Assembly (NCBI GenBank): GCA_938028835.1 | Contig: CALIMJ010000006.1 | Span: 4,759-68,758 of the forward strand | Length of the DNA: 64,000 nucleotides | From: an uncultured bacterium | Lineage (GTDB): Bacteria; Sysuimicrobiota; Sysuimicrobiia; Sysuimicrobiales; Sysuimicrobiaceae | Direction: 5' to 3' | Part shown: in pieces, positions 49,709-59,210 of the stretch | How positions within the stretch are numbered: the first letter of the stretch is position 1 | How the letters are laid out: every line of letters begins with the position of its first letter | Made by a program: the position numbers and the translations under genes | Notes under the pieces: model-generated | What the model was told of the DNA's origin: nothing | Database searches by the model: none | The model's input: the letters and a program-made list of their open reading frames with translations, nothing else

Positions 49709-50656
49709 CTACAGGATAGCGGAATCCGGTCCGGCTCCACGGAACGGACGGCCCGCGAGCAGTTCCTCCAGCGCGGGCGCGACGTCCGCCAGGGTTTTGC
49801 ACCGGGCGGCCACCGCGTGCGCACGACAACCGGCCAGGATCAGGGGGACCGGGTTGGTGGTGTGGCCGCCGTCCGGGGACTCCACCCCGCCGTGGTCGCT
49901 GGTCAGCACCAGCAGCTGATCTTCGAGGTCCAGCCGGTCCAGGGCCGCGCCCAGGGCCCGGTCCAGCTGCTCCAGCACCACGGGTACGGGAGCCGGCCAA
50001 CGGCCGTGGGCCGCCAGGTCCAGGGCGAAGAACTCGAACGCGGTAAACGCGTAGCGCGAAGCCAACGCCGCGAGCCGACGGCCGGCCTCCTCCGGCGCCA
50101 CCACGTCCACGGGATACCCGCGGGCGGCAAGTCCCTCCCCTGTGAGGTCTGCGGCTACCGCGCGGCCGGCTCGCAGGTGCTCCAGGTCCCGCAGCGGGAC
50201 CCCCGCGGACCGGGCGGCCAGCACGAACGCACCGCGAGGCCGGCGCCGGTCCTCCAGGTAAGCCCGAGGGTAGGCGTTGGCCAGGGCCACGGGCAGGCCG
50301 CGCGCCCGCAGCCGGCGGAACAGGTTGCGGCCTCGCAGCACCGCCCGCAGCCGTGCGGTGGGGAAGGCGGGAACGTGGCGGCCCTCCAGCGCCGCGGCGT
50401 TGCAGCCCGCCAGCAGGGCCACCTGGCCGGTGCCGCTCTGCGGCCGGCCTGGCACCCCCAGGGTGGCGTCCAGGGCCACCGCCGCGCACCGCCCGTCCTG
50501 AACCGGGAAGGACGTCGCGCACAGCGGGCCACCCAGCAACCGCCGCAGGGTGGGGGTGGCGGCGCGCAGCAGAGGGTTGGCGTCCCCACACGGCCCCAGG
50601 CCCAGGCCGTCCACGAACCAGAACAGCACCCGGGGCACCACGCCCTTCCGCCCCAT
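49709..50656 (-). CDS. Metalloenzyme (alkaline-phosphatase superfamily) protein, cofactor-independent phosphoglycerate mutase / phosphopentomutase-like
   Basis: VLFWFVDGLGLG and LVLTSDHGG core motifs. ATG overlaps the mpg stop by 1 nt. N-terminal extension rejected. Confidence 0.55.
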   Translation of the reverse strand: MGRKGVVPRVLFWFVDGLGLGPCGDANPLLRAATPTLRRLLGGPLCATSFPVQDGRCAAVALDATLGVPGRPQSGTGQVALLAGCNAAALEGRHVPAFPTARLRAVLRGRNLFRRLRARGLPVALANAYPRAYLEDRRRPRGAFVLAARSAGVPLRDLEHLRAGRAVAADLTGEGLAARGYPVDVVAPEEAGRRLAALASRYAFTAFEFFALDLAAHGRWPAPVPVVLEQLDRALGAALDRLDLEDQLLVLTSDHGGVESPDGGHTTNPVPLILAGCRAHAVAARCKTLADVAPALEELLAGRPFRGAGPDSAIL

Positions 50657-51282
50657 CACCGCGACACGAAGGGGCTTTGGGGGTCGAAGAACCGCCAGGG
50701 CCGGTCCGCGGCGCGCCGGATGCCGATGCGGGGCGAGGTGGCCACCCGCGCGGGCGGCTGCCCGGCTGCCAGGTACAGGGGCCCGGGCTGGGTCAGGTCC
50801 CACCCGTTGAAGCGTCGGTCCACGGCCAGGGCCTTCGTGAGTCTGCCCGGCCCCCGCAGCAGCTGGCGGACGTCGTGGGTGCCGCGCAGCTTTTGCATCA
50901 CCTCCAGGCCCTCCAGGGGTTCTGCCGCCCGCAGCAGCACCGCGCCCGCCACCCCCTCGGGCTCGGCCACCACGTTCATGCAGTAGTGGTTCCCGTACGA
51001 GAAGTACACGTACGCCCGGCCGGGCGGGCCCCACATGATGGCGCTACGCGGGGTGCGCCGGTACGCGTGGCTGGCGGGGTCCGCTGGGCCCAGGTAGGCC
51101 TCCACTTCCACGAGCCTCGCCACCAGCACCACAGGACCCTCCGCCCCTCCGGGCACCTCCTGGGGCTCCAACACCCTCACCAGCCGGCAGCCCAAAAGCT
51201 CGCGCGCCACCTGCAGGGTGGGCCGCTCGAAAAACGAGCGCGGTAGAGGAGGAGCGAAGGCCGGGTGGACCTGGGGCCTCAT
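50656..51282 (-). CDS. mpg: DNA-3-methyladenine glycosylase (Mpg/AAG family)
   Basis: FFERPTLQVARELLGCRLV...YFSYGNHYCMNVV family signature. 208 aa. Confidence 0.8.
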   Translation of the reverse strand: MRPQVHPAFAPPLPRSFFERPTLQVARELLGCRLVRVLEPQEVPGGAEGPVVLVARLVEVEAYLGPADPASHAYRRTPRSAIMWGPPGRAYVYFSYGNHYCMNVVAEPEGVAGAVLLRAAEPLEGLEVMQKLRGTHDVRQLLRGPGRLTKALAVDRRFNGWDLTQPGPLYLAAGQPPARVATSPRIGIRRAADRPWRFFDPQSPFVSR

Positions 51283-53006
51283 CCCCCGCGCTTCTGCCGG
51301 AGGCGGGCCAGCAGCTTCTTCAGGGGCAGGGTGTTCACCACGTCCTGGGGCTCCAGCCAGCCCCGGCGGGCAGTACCCACCCCGAACTCCATGAAACGCA
51401 GCTCCGCCGGGCTGTGGGCGTCGGTCCCGATGGCCACCTGCACCCCGTGCTCCTTTGCCAGCCGCACGTGCGCGTCCTTCAGATCCAGCCGGTCGGGCTG
51501 CGCGTTCAGTTCCAGGATTGTGCCCGTCTCCCGGGCGCCTGCCACCAGCCGCTCCACGTCCACGGAGTAGGGATCGCGCTGGCCCAGCAGTCGGCCCGTG
51601 GGGTGGCCGATCAGGGTGACGTAGCGGTTCTGCATGGCCCGCAGGATCCGGTCGGTCATCGCCTGGGTGTCCATGCGGAACCGGCTGTGCACCGAAGCGA
51701 TGACCACGTCCAGCTCCCGCAGGACCTCGTCGGGGTAGTCCAGGCTGCCGTCCGCGAGGATGTCCACCTCCGACCCGATGAGCACCGTGATCCCGTCCAG
51801 GCGCTCAGAGAGCCGGCGGACCTGCCGGATGTGGTCCCGCAGGTCGTCGATGCTGACCCCGCCCGCGAACTTCAGGGATTGCGAGTGGTCCGTGATGCAG
51901 ATGTACTCGTACCCCAGCTGGCGGGCCGCGTGCGCCATCTCCTCCGCGGTGGCCTGACCGTCGCTCCACTTGGTGTGCATGTGCAGGTCCCCGCGGATGT
52001 CCTCCCGGGTGACCAGGCGCGGCAGCCTGCCCCGCTCCGCGGCCTCGATCTCGCCCTGGTCCTCCCGCAGCTCCGGCGGGATCCACGGCAGCTTCACCGC
52101 GGCGTAGACCTCCTCCTCCGTGCGGCCCGCCACCCGGCGGTCGTCCTCGGTGCGGAAGACCCCGTACTCGTTCACCTTCAGCCCCATGCGGACCGCCCGT
52201 TCCCGCAGCTTCACGTTGTGGTCCTTGGAACCCGTGAAGTACTGCAGCGCGGCCCCGAAGCTGCTCCGCTCCACCACCCGCAGGTCCGCCTGCATCCCGT
52301 TGCGCAGCACCACGCTGCTGCGGGTGGTGCCGCGGGAGAGGACCTGAGCTACCAGGGGGTGCGTGGTGAACACCTCCATGGCGTGCTCCGGTCGGCTGGC
52401 GGTGGCCAGCACGTCGATGTCCCCGATGGTGTCCCGCATCCGGCGCAGGCTGCCCGCCACGCTTACCTCGCCCACCCCGCGCGCCTCCCGCAGAGCCGCC
52501 ACAAGCTCCTGCGCCACCGGCAGGACCGCGCCCAGCGGCAGCCGGGTGGACTGACGCCGCACCTGCTCGATCCCGCGGAGGATGTTCTCCTCGGTCTTCC
52601 TGCCCATGCGGGGCAGGCCCCGGAGACGGCCCTCCCGCGCCGCCCGCTCCAGCTCGTCCAGGGTGGTGATCCCCAGGTGTTCGTACAGCAGCAGGGCGGT
52701 CTTGGGTCCCAGCCCGGGTACCCGCATCAGGGTGGTGATCCCGTGGGGCAGCTCCCGCACGAGCTCCTGGTGGTAGGCGATCTTGCCCGTGCGCAGGTAC
52801 TCGGAGATCTTCTCCGCGAGACTCCTGCCCACTCCCGGGATCTGGTCCAGCTCCCCGCGGTCGGCGACCGCCTCCACGTCCTCCGCCAGGTTCTCCAGGG
52901 ACCGCGCCGCCCGGCGGTAGGCGTTGACCCGGAAGGTGGACTCCCCCTTGATCTCCAGGAGGTCCGCGATCTCGTTGAAGAGGGCGGCGATCTCCAGGTT
53001 CTTCAT
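51279..53006 (-). CDS. polX: DNA polymerase/3'-5' exonuclease PolX (PolX core plus PHP domain)
   Basis: HhH (GVGRSLAEKI), GS...DxD Pol-beta-like core, C-terminal PHP (HMHTKWSDG...ITDHS). Confidence 0.85.
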   Translation of the reverse strand: MKNLEIAALFNEIADLLEIKGESTFRVNAYRRAARSLENLAEDVEAVADRGELDQIPGVGRSLAEKISEYLRTGKIAYHQELVRELPHGITTLMRVPGLGPKTALLLYEHLGITTLDELERAAREGRLRGLPRMGRKTEENILRGIEQVRRQSTRLPLGAVLPVAQELVAALREARGVGEVSVAGSLRRMRDTIGDIDVLATASRPEHAMEVFTTHPLVAQVLSRGTTRSSVVLRNGMQADLRVVERSSFGAALQYFTGSKDHNVKLRERAVRMGLKVNEYGVFRTEDDRRVAGRTEEEVYAAVKLPWIPPELREDQGEIEAAERGRLPRLVTREDIRGDLHMHTKWSDGQATAEEMAHAARQLGYEYICITDHSQSLKFAGGVSIDDLRDHIRQVRRLSERLDGITVLIGSEVDILADGSLDYPDEVLRELDVVIASVHSRFRMDTQAMTDRILRAMQNRYVTLIGHPTGRLLGQRDPYSVDVERLVAGARETGTILELNAQPDRLDLKDAHVRLAKEHGVQVAIGTDAHSPAELRFMEFGVGTARRGWLEPQDVVNTLPLKKLLARLRQKRGG

Positions 53007-53046
53007 CGCCGACGCCCGCCCCACCCCTCCCCGGCTGGCAAGGGCG

Positions 53047-53571
53047 CTAGAACTTCTCCCCCCCGGGGCCCAGGGCCGGCAGGCGGACCGGGAGAAGGGG
53101 AGCCAGGGCGCGGTGCAGCGCCACCTGCCAGCCCGCCAGGTACGGCCCCGCGACCGAACGCTCCACGTCCCGCTGGACGGCGGGCGCGAAGGGGGCCGCC
53201 AGCAGGAACGTCACCAGCACGATCCCCAGCAGCACCCCCTTGACCACGCCGCTCAGCCCGCCCAGCACGATGGCCCCGCCCGTGGCCGCCCTGCGGCCCG
53301 CGATCCACGCGGTCAGGTAGTTGCCGACCACCACGAACAGCAGAAACAGCACCGCGAAGGACACGGTGGCGGCCCAGTCGGGCCAGGGGAAGCCGGTTCC
53401 GAAGAAGGTCTCTGCGGCAGGCCGGAACAGCAGCGCCGCGGCCAGGTAGCTGAGCAGCACGAACAGCGACTCCAGGAGCGTCCGCACCGGACCCCGCTGC
53501 AGGCCCAGCAGGATCGTCAGCAGCAGCACCGCGAGGAAGACCCAGTCCAGCCACGTAGGGGCCATGACCAC
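53047..53571 (-). CDS. cvpA: CvpA-family membrane protein
   Basis: 174 aa with 4 TM helices. This position, between pheT and polX, is where cvpA sits in Bacillota (yshB-polX-mutS2 synteny). Confidence 0.75.
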   Translation of the reverse strand: MVMAPTWLDWVFLAVLLLTILLGLQRGPVRTLLESLFVLLSYLAAALLFRPAAETFFGTGFPWPDWAATVSFAVLFLLFVVVGNYLTAWIAGRRAATGGAIVLGGLSGVVKGVLLGIVLVTFLLAAPFAPAVQRDVERSVAGPYLAGWQVALHRALAPLLPVRLPALGPGGEKF

Positions 53572-53619
53572 CTCCCGTCCGCGGACTGCTTCGCGGCGGC
53601 CGGCGGGGTTCCTCCCGCG

Positions 53620-55686
53620 TCAGCGGAAGCTGGCCGCCAGCTGGTCCCGCAGGGCCCCCCGCACCCGCTCCAGCAGACGGTCCACCTCCTCAGACTGCAG
53701 CGTCCGACCGGGGTCCCGGAACCGCATCCGCACCGCGACGCTCTTCCGGCCGGGCGGGACCGGCGGCCCCGTGTAAACGTCGAAGGGCTCGCAAGCTTCC
53801 AGCAGCCCGCCTGCCACCCCGCGCACCACCCGCACCACCTCGCCCGCGGGGACCGAGCTGTCCACCACCACCGCCAGGTCGCGCTCCACCGCCGGGGTGT
53901 ACGCCAGCGGTCGGTACTGGGGGATCGCCCGTGCAGCCTCAACCAGAGGCTCAAGCTCCAGCTCCGCCACGTAGGCGCGACCCCGCAGGTCGAACCGGTC
54001 GCACACCTCAGGGTGCAGCTCCCCCAGCCAGCCCACCCGCCGCCCGTTTACCCGTAGGGCCGCGGCCCGGTACGGGTGCAGCCACGGAAACGGCTCCGCC
54101 TCGATCTCCCACCCTTGCAGGTGCAGGCCCTCCAGCAGCGCCTCCACCACCCCCTTTAGGCCGTGGAAGCTGGCCTGCACCGCCTCCTGCGGGAGGTTCC
54201 ACGTCCCCCGCAGGCTCCGGCCCATCTGCGCGATCCCCACCGCCTTCCGCTCCCTCCACCCTGCCTCGGAGGCGAAAAACACCCGGCCCACCTCGAAGAC
54301 GTGCACGTCGCCGTTACCCCGGGCGCGGTTCGTCCGCAGCACGTCTACCAGGGACAGCAGCAGCGTGGTCCGGAGGTGGGTGTGTTCCTGGGTCAGGGGG
54401 TTGCGGAGTGGAATGGCCCGGCGCAGGGGGTGGTCCGGCGGGATGCCCACCCGCTCCAGGTGGTCCGCGCGGATGAGGCTCAGGGTCAGGACCTCCGTGA
54501 GGCCTGCCCGTAGCAGCAGCTCCCGGACGCGCCGTTCGGCGTCCACCTCGGGCGCCAGGGCGCCCACACCCATCACCTCCACCGGCAGGGTCTCGGGAAC
54601 GCGGTCGTAGCCGTAGATGCGGGCCACCTCCTCGATGAGGTCTTCTTCCCGCTCCACGTCGCGCCGGTGGCTGGGCACGGTGACCACCCATCGGTCAGGC
54701 CCCCGCTCCACCTGGAACTCCAGCCGCTGCAGGATGTCCGCGGCCTCCTCGTCCGCTACGTCCACACCCAGCACCCGGCGCATGCGCGCCGGCCGCAGAG
54801 ACACCCGGCGCGGTGGCTGGGGGTCGGGACAGACGTCCAGCTCGCCCCGCAGCACGCGGCCCCCCGCCAGCTGCTGGATCAGCTGGGCCGCCCGGGCCGC
54901 GGCAAAACGCGCCCGCTCCGGGTCCCCGCCCCGCTCGTGGCGGGTGCTTCCCTCCGTGCGGATGCCCAGGGCCCGCGCGGTCCGACGAACCGCCACGGGG
55001 TGAAACCACGCGGACTCCAGCAGCACCCGGCGCGTCTCGGGACGGATCTCGGTGTCGAGCCCTCCCATGATCCCCCCCAGGGCCACCACCCGTTCGCGGT
55101 CCGCGATCACCAGGGCTCCCGGGTGGAGCCGGCGCTCCTGCCCGTCCAGGGTGACCAGGACCTCGCCCGGGCGGGCGGCCCGTACCACCACCCCGCCGCC
55201 TGCCAGCCGGTCCAGGTCGAAGGCGTGCAGAGGCTGGCCGGTCTCCAGCATCACGTAGTTGGTGACGTCCACCACGTTGTTGATGCTGCGGATCCCGCAC
55301 CGCTCCAGCCGCTCGGCCATCCACGGCGGAGACGGGCCCACCCGCACGTCCACCACCACCCGCCCCACGTAGCGGTGGCACAAGCCGGGACCCGCCACCT
55401 CCACCCACGCCACCTCCCAAGCCGGCGGGTCGGACTCCTCCAGGTGCACCTCAGGAGCCCTGAACCGCCCTCGGCACGCGGCGGCCACCTCCCGGGCCAC
55501 CCCCAACAACCCCAGCCAGTCCGGCCGGTTCGTGGTGGTCTCCAGGTCGAAGACCCAGTCGTCGCCCTCCCGTTCCACCGCTTCCACGCCCAGGCCCAGC
55601 ATCGAGAACCGTTCCTCCCACTCCGCGGGGTCCTGCGGGGTGGGCAGGTCCACCAGTTCCATCAACCAGCTCCACAAAACGCGCAC
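53620..55686 (-). CDS. pheT: Phenylalanine--tRNA ligase beta subunit, lacking the N-terminal EMAP-like tRNA-binding domain
   Basis: GTG (VRVLWSWLMELV, compare canonical MRVPFSWL) lies 5 nt after GAGG. B3/4 and B5 domains, then C-terminal FDX-ACB. Approximately 688 aa. Confidence 0.9.
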   Translation of the reverse strand: MRVLWSWLMELVDLPTPQDPAEWEERFSMLGLGVEAVEREGDDWVFDLETTTNRPDWLGLLGVAREVAAACRGRFRAPEVHLEESDPPAWEVAWVEVAGPGLCHRYVGRVVVDVRVGPSPPWMAERLERCGIRSINNVVDVTNYVMLETGQPLHAFDLDRLAGGGVVVRAARPGEVLVTLDGQERRLHPGALVIADRERVVALGGIMGGLDTEIRPETRRVLLESAWFHPVAVRRTARALGIRTEGSTRHERGGDPERARFAAARAAQLIQQLAGGRVLRGELDVCPDPQPPRRVSLRPARMRRVLGVDVADEEAADILQRLEFQVERGPDRWVVTVPSHRRDVEREEDLIEEVARIYGYDRVPETLPVEVMGVGALAPEVDAERRVRELLLRAGLTEVLTLSLIRADHLERVGIPPDHPLRRAIPLRNPLTQEHTHLRTTLLLSLVDVLRTNRARGNGDVHVFEVGRVFFASEAGWRERKAVGIAQMGRSLRGTWNLPQEAVQASFHGLKGVVEALLEGLHLQGWEIEAEPFPWLHPYRAAALRVNGRRVGWLGELHPEVCDRFDLRGRAYVAELELEPLVEAARAIPQYRPLAYTPAVERDLAVVVDSSVPAGEVVRVVRGVAGGLLEACEPFDVYTGPPVPPGRKSVAVRMRFRDPGRTLQSEEVDRLLERVRGALRDQLAASFR

Positions 55687-55693
55687 GGCAGCC

Positions 55694-56677
55694 TCAGAAC
55701 TGCGCCAAGAAGCGCACGTCGTTCTCCCAGAACAGCCGGATGTCGTCAATGCCGTAGCGAACCATGGCGGGTCGGTCCACCCCACACCCGAAGGCGAAGG
55801 CGGTGTACCGCTCGGGGTCGATCCCCGCCATCTCCAGCACCCGAGGGTGGAACATCCCGCAGCCTCCGATCTCCAGCCACCGCCCCCGGAAGGACACCGC
55901 GATCTCCGCGCTGGGTTCCGTGAAGGGGAAGTAGGAGGGCTGGAAGCGCACGCGGGTCTCGGGCCCCCACAGCTGCCGGGCGAACTCTGCCAGCACTCCC
56001 TTCAGATCCGAGAACCGGATCCCTTCCCCCACCATGAAGCCGTCCACTTGGTGGAACACGGGCATGTGGGTGCTGTCCACCACGTCCCGCCGGTAGCAAC
56101 GACCCACGGTCACCACCCGGATGGGGGGCGTTCGGTGGGGCATCACGCGCACGTCCACCGCGGTGCACTGGGTCCGCAGCAGGTGCTCGTCGTCCAGGTA
56201 GAAGGAGTCCTGAGCGTCCCGGGCGGGGTGGTCGTCGGGGATGTTCAGGCGCCGGAAGTTGAACTCCTCGGTCTCCAGCTCTGGGCCCTCCACCACCTCG
56301 AAGCCCATGGACCGGAAGATGTCCCGGATCTCCTCCATCATCCGGCCCAGGACGTGCTCCCGGCCCACCAGGGGCCGGCGGCCGGGTAGGGTCACGTCCA
56401 CCGCCTCCGCCCGAAGCCGGTCGTCCCGCTCGCGGGCCCGCAGCTGGTCCGCGCGCTCCTGCAACCGCTCCTCGAGCCACTCCTTCAGCTCGTTGAGGGC
56501 CGCGCCGGCGGCCACCCGTTGCGGCGGCGACAGCTGCGGCAGGGACCGGAGGAGCTGGGTCAGCTCCCCCTTCCGGCCCAGGTACCTGCGCCGGACGGCC
56601 TCCACTTCCTCGGTGGTGGACGCCGACTCCAGCTCCCGCGCCACGCGCTGGCGCAGGGCGTTCACCCGCTCTTCCAT
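55694..56677 (-). CDS. pheS: Phenylalanine--tRNA ligase alpha subunit
   Basis: Class II motifs (..FRRLNIPDDHPARD.., ..GRCYRRD.., ..GCGMFHP..). Start at the Met preceding EERVNALRQ. Confidence 0.9.
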   Translation of the reverse strand: MEERVNALRQRVARELESASTTEEVEAVRRRYLGRKGELTQLLRSLPQLSPPQRVAAGAALNELKEWLEERLQERADQLRARERDDRLRAEAVDVTLPGRRPLVGREHVLGRMMEEIRDIFRSMGFEVVEGPELETEEFNFRRLNIPDDHPARDAQDSFYLDDEHLLRTQCTAVDVRVMPHRTPPIRVVTVGRCYRRDVVDSTHMPVFHQVDGFMVGEGIRFSDLKGVLAEFARQLWGPETRVRFQPSYFPFTEPSAEIAVSFRGRWLEIGGCGMFHPRVLEMAGIDPERYTAFAFGCGVDRPAMVRYGIDDIRLFWENDVRFLAQF

Positions 56678-56687
56678 CTCCGGACCC

Positions 56688-56938
56688 CCACACGCGGGCG
56701 CGCCTCCGCCACAAGGGCGGAGGCGCGCCTCCGCGGTACCACCTTGCTTCCGGGAGCCCACGGCTCCCAGCGCTCCGACCGCTGTCCCGGGCGGACCCCG
56801 GCGGGCATTACCTGCGGCCGAACCCGCGGCCGCGCTCCTCCCGCGGCTCCGGAGCGAACCCCTGCGGCTCCCGTCGGCCGGGGACTCCCACCGGCTCCCC
56901 TCGCTGCAGGCCCGAAAGCCGCCGCGCTCTCCGTCCTC
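56688..56938 (-). ncRNA. T-box riboswitch leader (Phe) of pheST
   Basis: mRNA sense contains AGAGCG, a GGUUCGC specifier-like UUC codon, the T-box sequence AGCAAGGUGGUACCGCGG (56731-56749 on plus), then a GC-rich hairpin GGAGGCGCGCCUCCG...CGGAGGCGCGCC before the pheS RBS. Confidence 0.6.
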
Positions 56939-56941
56939 GCC

Positions 56942-57061
56942 TCAGTTCCAGATGAACCGGGCGTACGCGTGGGCCCGGCGCAGCCTGCGGTACACCACGT
57001 ACGCCCACGTGGCGCCGGTCCTCTGGAACACGTTCCAGAAGAACTCCGACGTCCAGAACAT
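56942..57061 (-). CDS. Candidate 39-aa aromatic-rich small protein
   Basis: MFWTSEFFWNVFQRTGATWAYVVYRRLRRAHAYARFIWN. A TGGTATACT extended -10-like box and a GGGGA RBS lie within 50 nt upstream. Locally lower GC. Confidence 0.3.
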   Translation of the reverse strand: MFWTSEFFWNVFQRTGATWAYVVYRRLRRAHAYARFIWN

Positions 57062-57111
57062 CGCGTCCCCGCCGAAGGCGGCGCTTTGCCCGCAGTATAC
57101 CAACCGGCCCA

Positions 57112-57918
57112 CTAGCCCGTCCACGCGCGGCGGGCCTCGTACAGCAGCACCGCGGCCGCCGCGGTGACGTTCAGGGACTCCACCCCGGCTGCCAGGGGCA
57201 CGCGGACGGTGCGGGCCTCCGGCCAGCTGTGCCGCGCGCCCGAGGCCTCGCTGCCGAACACCAGCGCCACCGGTGGGGCGTAGTCCGCGCGCCGGTAGTC
57301 CACCTCGCCCCGCGGATCCGCCACCCACACCCGTGCGGCTTGCGAGATCTCCTCCGGCGTGGCGGACGCCAAAGGCAGGGCCAGGCAGGAGCCTGCGCTA
57401 CCCCGCAAAGCGCGGGGGTGGAAGGGGTCGGTGGTGTTGGGCAGGACCACCACCGCGTCGAACCCCGCGGCGTGGGCGGTGCGGACGAGGGCACCCAGGT
57501 TGCCGGGATCCTGAAGGCCGTCCGCCACCGCCAGCCACCGCCAGCGCAGCCGCGACAGCGGTACCACCTCCGGGAGCCGCACCACCGCAGCCGCCGGCTG
57601 CGGGGTCTTCACGTCGGAGATCGCCTCCACCACCCTCGGGGACACCCACCGCACGGGAACGCGCAGCTGTTCCGCCTGCTGCGCCAGCCGGTCCACCTCC
57701 GGACCCGCCTCAGGGACCACCAGCAGCTCCTCCGCCCGCTCCAGGCGCAGCGCGGTCTCCACCAACCGCACACCGGTGACCACCGCGCGGCCCGCCCGGG
57801 CCCGCTCCCGGCGGTCCAGCAGCGCCCGGAGGGCGCGCACGTGCGGGTTGCGGGGGCTCGACCAATCCAGCCGCGGCTGCGGCGACGGCTGAGGTTCCCG
57901 GTCCGGTGCGGTCCTCAC
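57112..57918 (-). CDS. TrmH/SpoU-family RNA 2'-O-methyltransferase
   Basis: SPOUT motifs (DGLQDPGNLGALVRTA, LVFGSEASG, LNVTAAAAVLLYE). Confidence 0.8.
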   Translation of the reverse strand: MRTAPDREPQPSPQPRLDWSSPRNPHVRALRALLDRRERARAGRAVVTGVRLVETALRLERAEELLVVPEAGPEVDRLAQQAEQLRVPVRWVSPRVVEAISDVKTPQPAAAVVRLPEVVPLSRLRWRWLAVADGLQDPGNLGALVRTAHAAGFDAVVVLPNTTDPFHPRALRGSAGSCLALPLASATPEEISQAARVWVADPRGEVDYRRADYAPPVALVFGSEASGARHSWPEARTVRVPLAAGVESLNVTAAAAVLLYEARRAWTG

Positions 57919-57934
57919 GCTTCCGTGGAGGGTT

Positions 57935-58288
57935 TCAGGACCGGCCCGTCACCCGCCGGACGATCTCTGCGAAGGCCTCCCGGTCTCGCACCGCCAGGTC
58001 TGCCAGGATCTTGCGGTTGATGGCCACCCCGTTGGCCCGCAGCGCGTGGATCAGTCGGCTGTACGAAAGCCCATGCTGCCGGGCCGCGGCGTTGATGCGG
58101 GCGATCCACAGGCGCCGGAAGTCCCGCTTGCGCTGGCGGCGGTGGCGGTACGCGGCCGCCAGGGCGCGGATCACGTACTGGTTGGCCAGCTTGAACCACC
58201 GACTCTTCTTCCCCCAGAAGCCCTTCGCGAGCTTGAGGATCTTCTTGTGACGGGCGCGGACGGTCTTGCCGCGCTTGACCCTTGCCAT
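57935..58288 (-). CDS. rplT: 50S ribosomal protein L20
   Basis: [26 protein letters not shown]... Confidence 0.95.
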   Translation of the reverse strand: MARVKRGKTVRARHKKILKLAKGFWGKKSRWFKLANQYVIRALAAAYRHRRQRKRDFRRLWIARINAAARQHGLSYSRLIHALRANGVAINRKILADLAVRDREAFAEIVRRVTGRS

Positions 58289-58316
58289 GGCGCAACCTCC
58301 TCCGGAAGCCCAGCCC

Positions 58317-58514
58317 TCAGTCGTACGGCAGCAGGCGGCGCACGCGGTCCGTGTCCACCGGGGAAACCAGGACCTGCCGGCCCAGGTCCCGTCGCCGACG
58401 CGGGCTCTTCTTCTGCTTCAGGTGACCGCCGCCCTGACGGCCCCGCAGGAGCTTCCCGGTCCCGGTGATCCGGATGCGCTTGCGCGTCCCCTGGTGCGTT
58501 TTGGCTTTCGGCAT
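58317..58514 (-). CDS. rpmI: 50S ribosomal protein L35
   Basis: [22 protein letters not shown]... Confidence 0.95.
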   Translation of the reverse strand: MPKAKTHQGTRKRIRITGTGKLLRGRQGGGHLKQKKSPRRRRDLGRQVLVSPVDTDRVRRLLPYD

Positions 58515-58535
58515 CGGTGGCTCCCTCCTTGCGCC

Positions 58536-59048
58536 CTACCGGCGGGCCGGGCTCAACACCATGACCATGTTCCGGCCCTCCATGGCGGGCGGCCGCTCCA
58601 CGTGTGCGATCTCCGAAACGTACTCCGCAAGCCGATCCAGGATCTGACGCCCCAGCTCCGGGTGCACCATCTCCCGGCCCCGAAACCACATCTCCACCTT
58701 CACCTTGTGCCCCTCCTGCAGGAAGGAGTAGATGAGCTTCGCCTTGGTCTGGAAGTCGTGGTCGCCGATCTTGGGTGTCATGCGCATCCGCTTGACCTCG
58801 GAGGCCCGCTGCTTGCGGTGGGCCTCCCGGTCCCGCTTGCTCTGCTCGTACTTGTACCGCCCGTAGTCCATGATCTTCGCCACGGGCGGCGAAGCGGTGG
58901 GAGCCACCTCCACCAGATCCAACCCCATCTCCCGGGCCCGCCGCAGGGCTTCCTGGACGGGCACGATCCCCAGCTGCTCCCCGTTCGGTCCGATCAACCG
59001 CACCTCGCGGATGCGGATGCGCTCATTCACCCTCGGCTCGCGCTCTAT
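58536..59048 (-). CDS. infC: Translation initiation factor IF-3, apparent non-canonical AUA start
   Basis: IEREPRVNERIRIREVRLIGPNGEQ... The only plausibly spaced start, 5 nt after AAGGAGGGG, is ATA. There is no ATG/GTG/TTG. 170 aa. Confidence 0.85.
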   Translation of the reverse strand: MEREPRVNERIRIREVRLIGPNGEQLGIVPVQEALRRAREMGLDLVEVAPTASPPVAKIMDYGRYKYEQSKRDREAHRKQRASEVKRMRMTPKIGDHDFQTKAKLIYSFLQEGHKVKVEMWFRGREMVHPELGRQILDRLAEYVSEIAHVERPPAMEGRNMVMVLSPARR

Positions 59049-59210
59049 GCTATCCCCTCCTTCGGTGCCCCGGGGCACCAGGAAAATGAAAGCGGGCGCA
59101 GAAAGCCTCCACGCCCGCACCTGTCGACCGGTCGGACCCGGCTGGCCGAGGCCGCCGGGTGAGAAGCGTGGCGCTTCTGCTTCGGCGGTGTCACCATAGC
59201 ACGGTGGGGG

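Noticed and set aside
59121-59140. Third GACCGGTC core (TCGACCGGTCGG) in the infC/mlaE divergent region
   Set aside because: It shares only the 8-bp GC palindrome core. The flanks differ from the GACCGGTCAGTC operator candidates. Such GC palindromes are expected by chance at this GC content.
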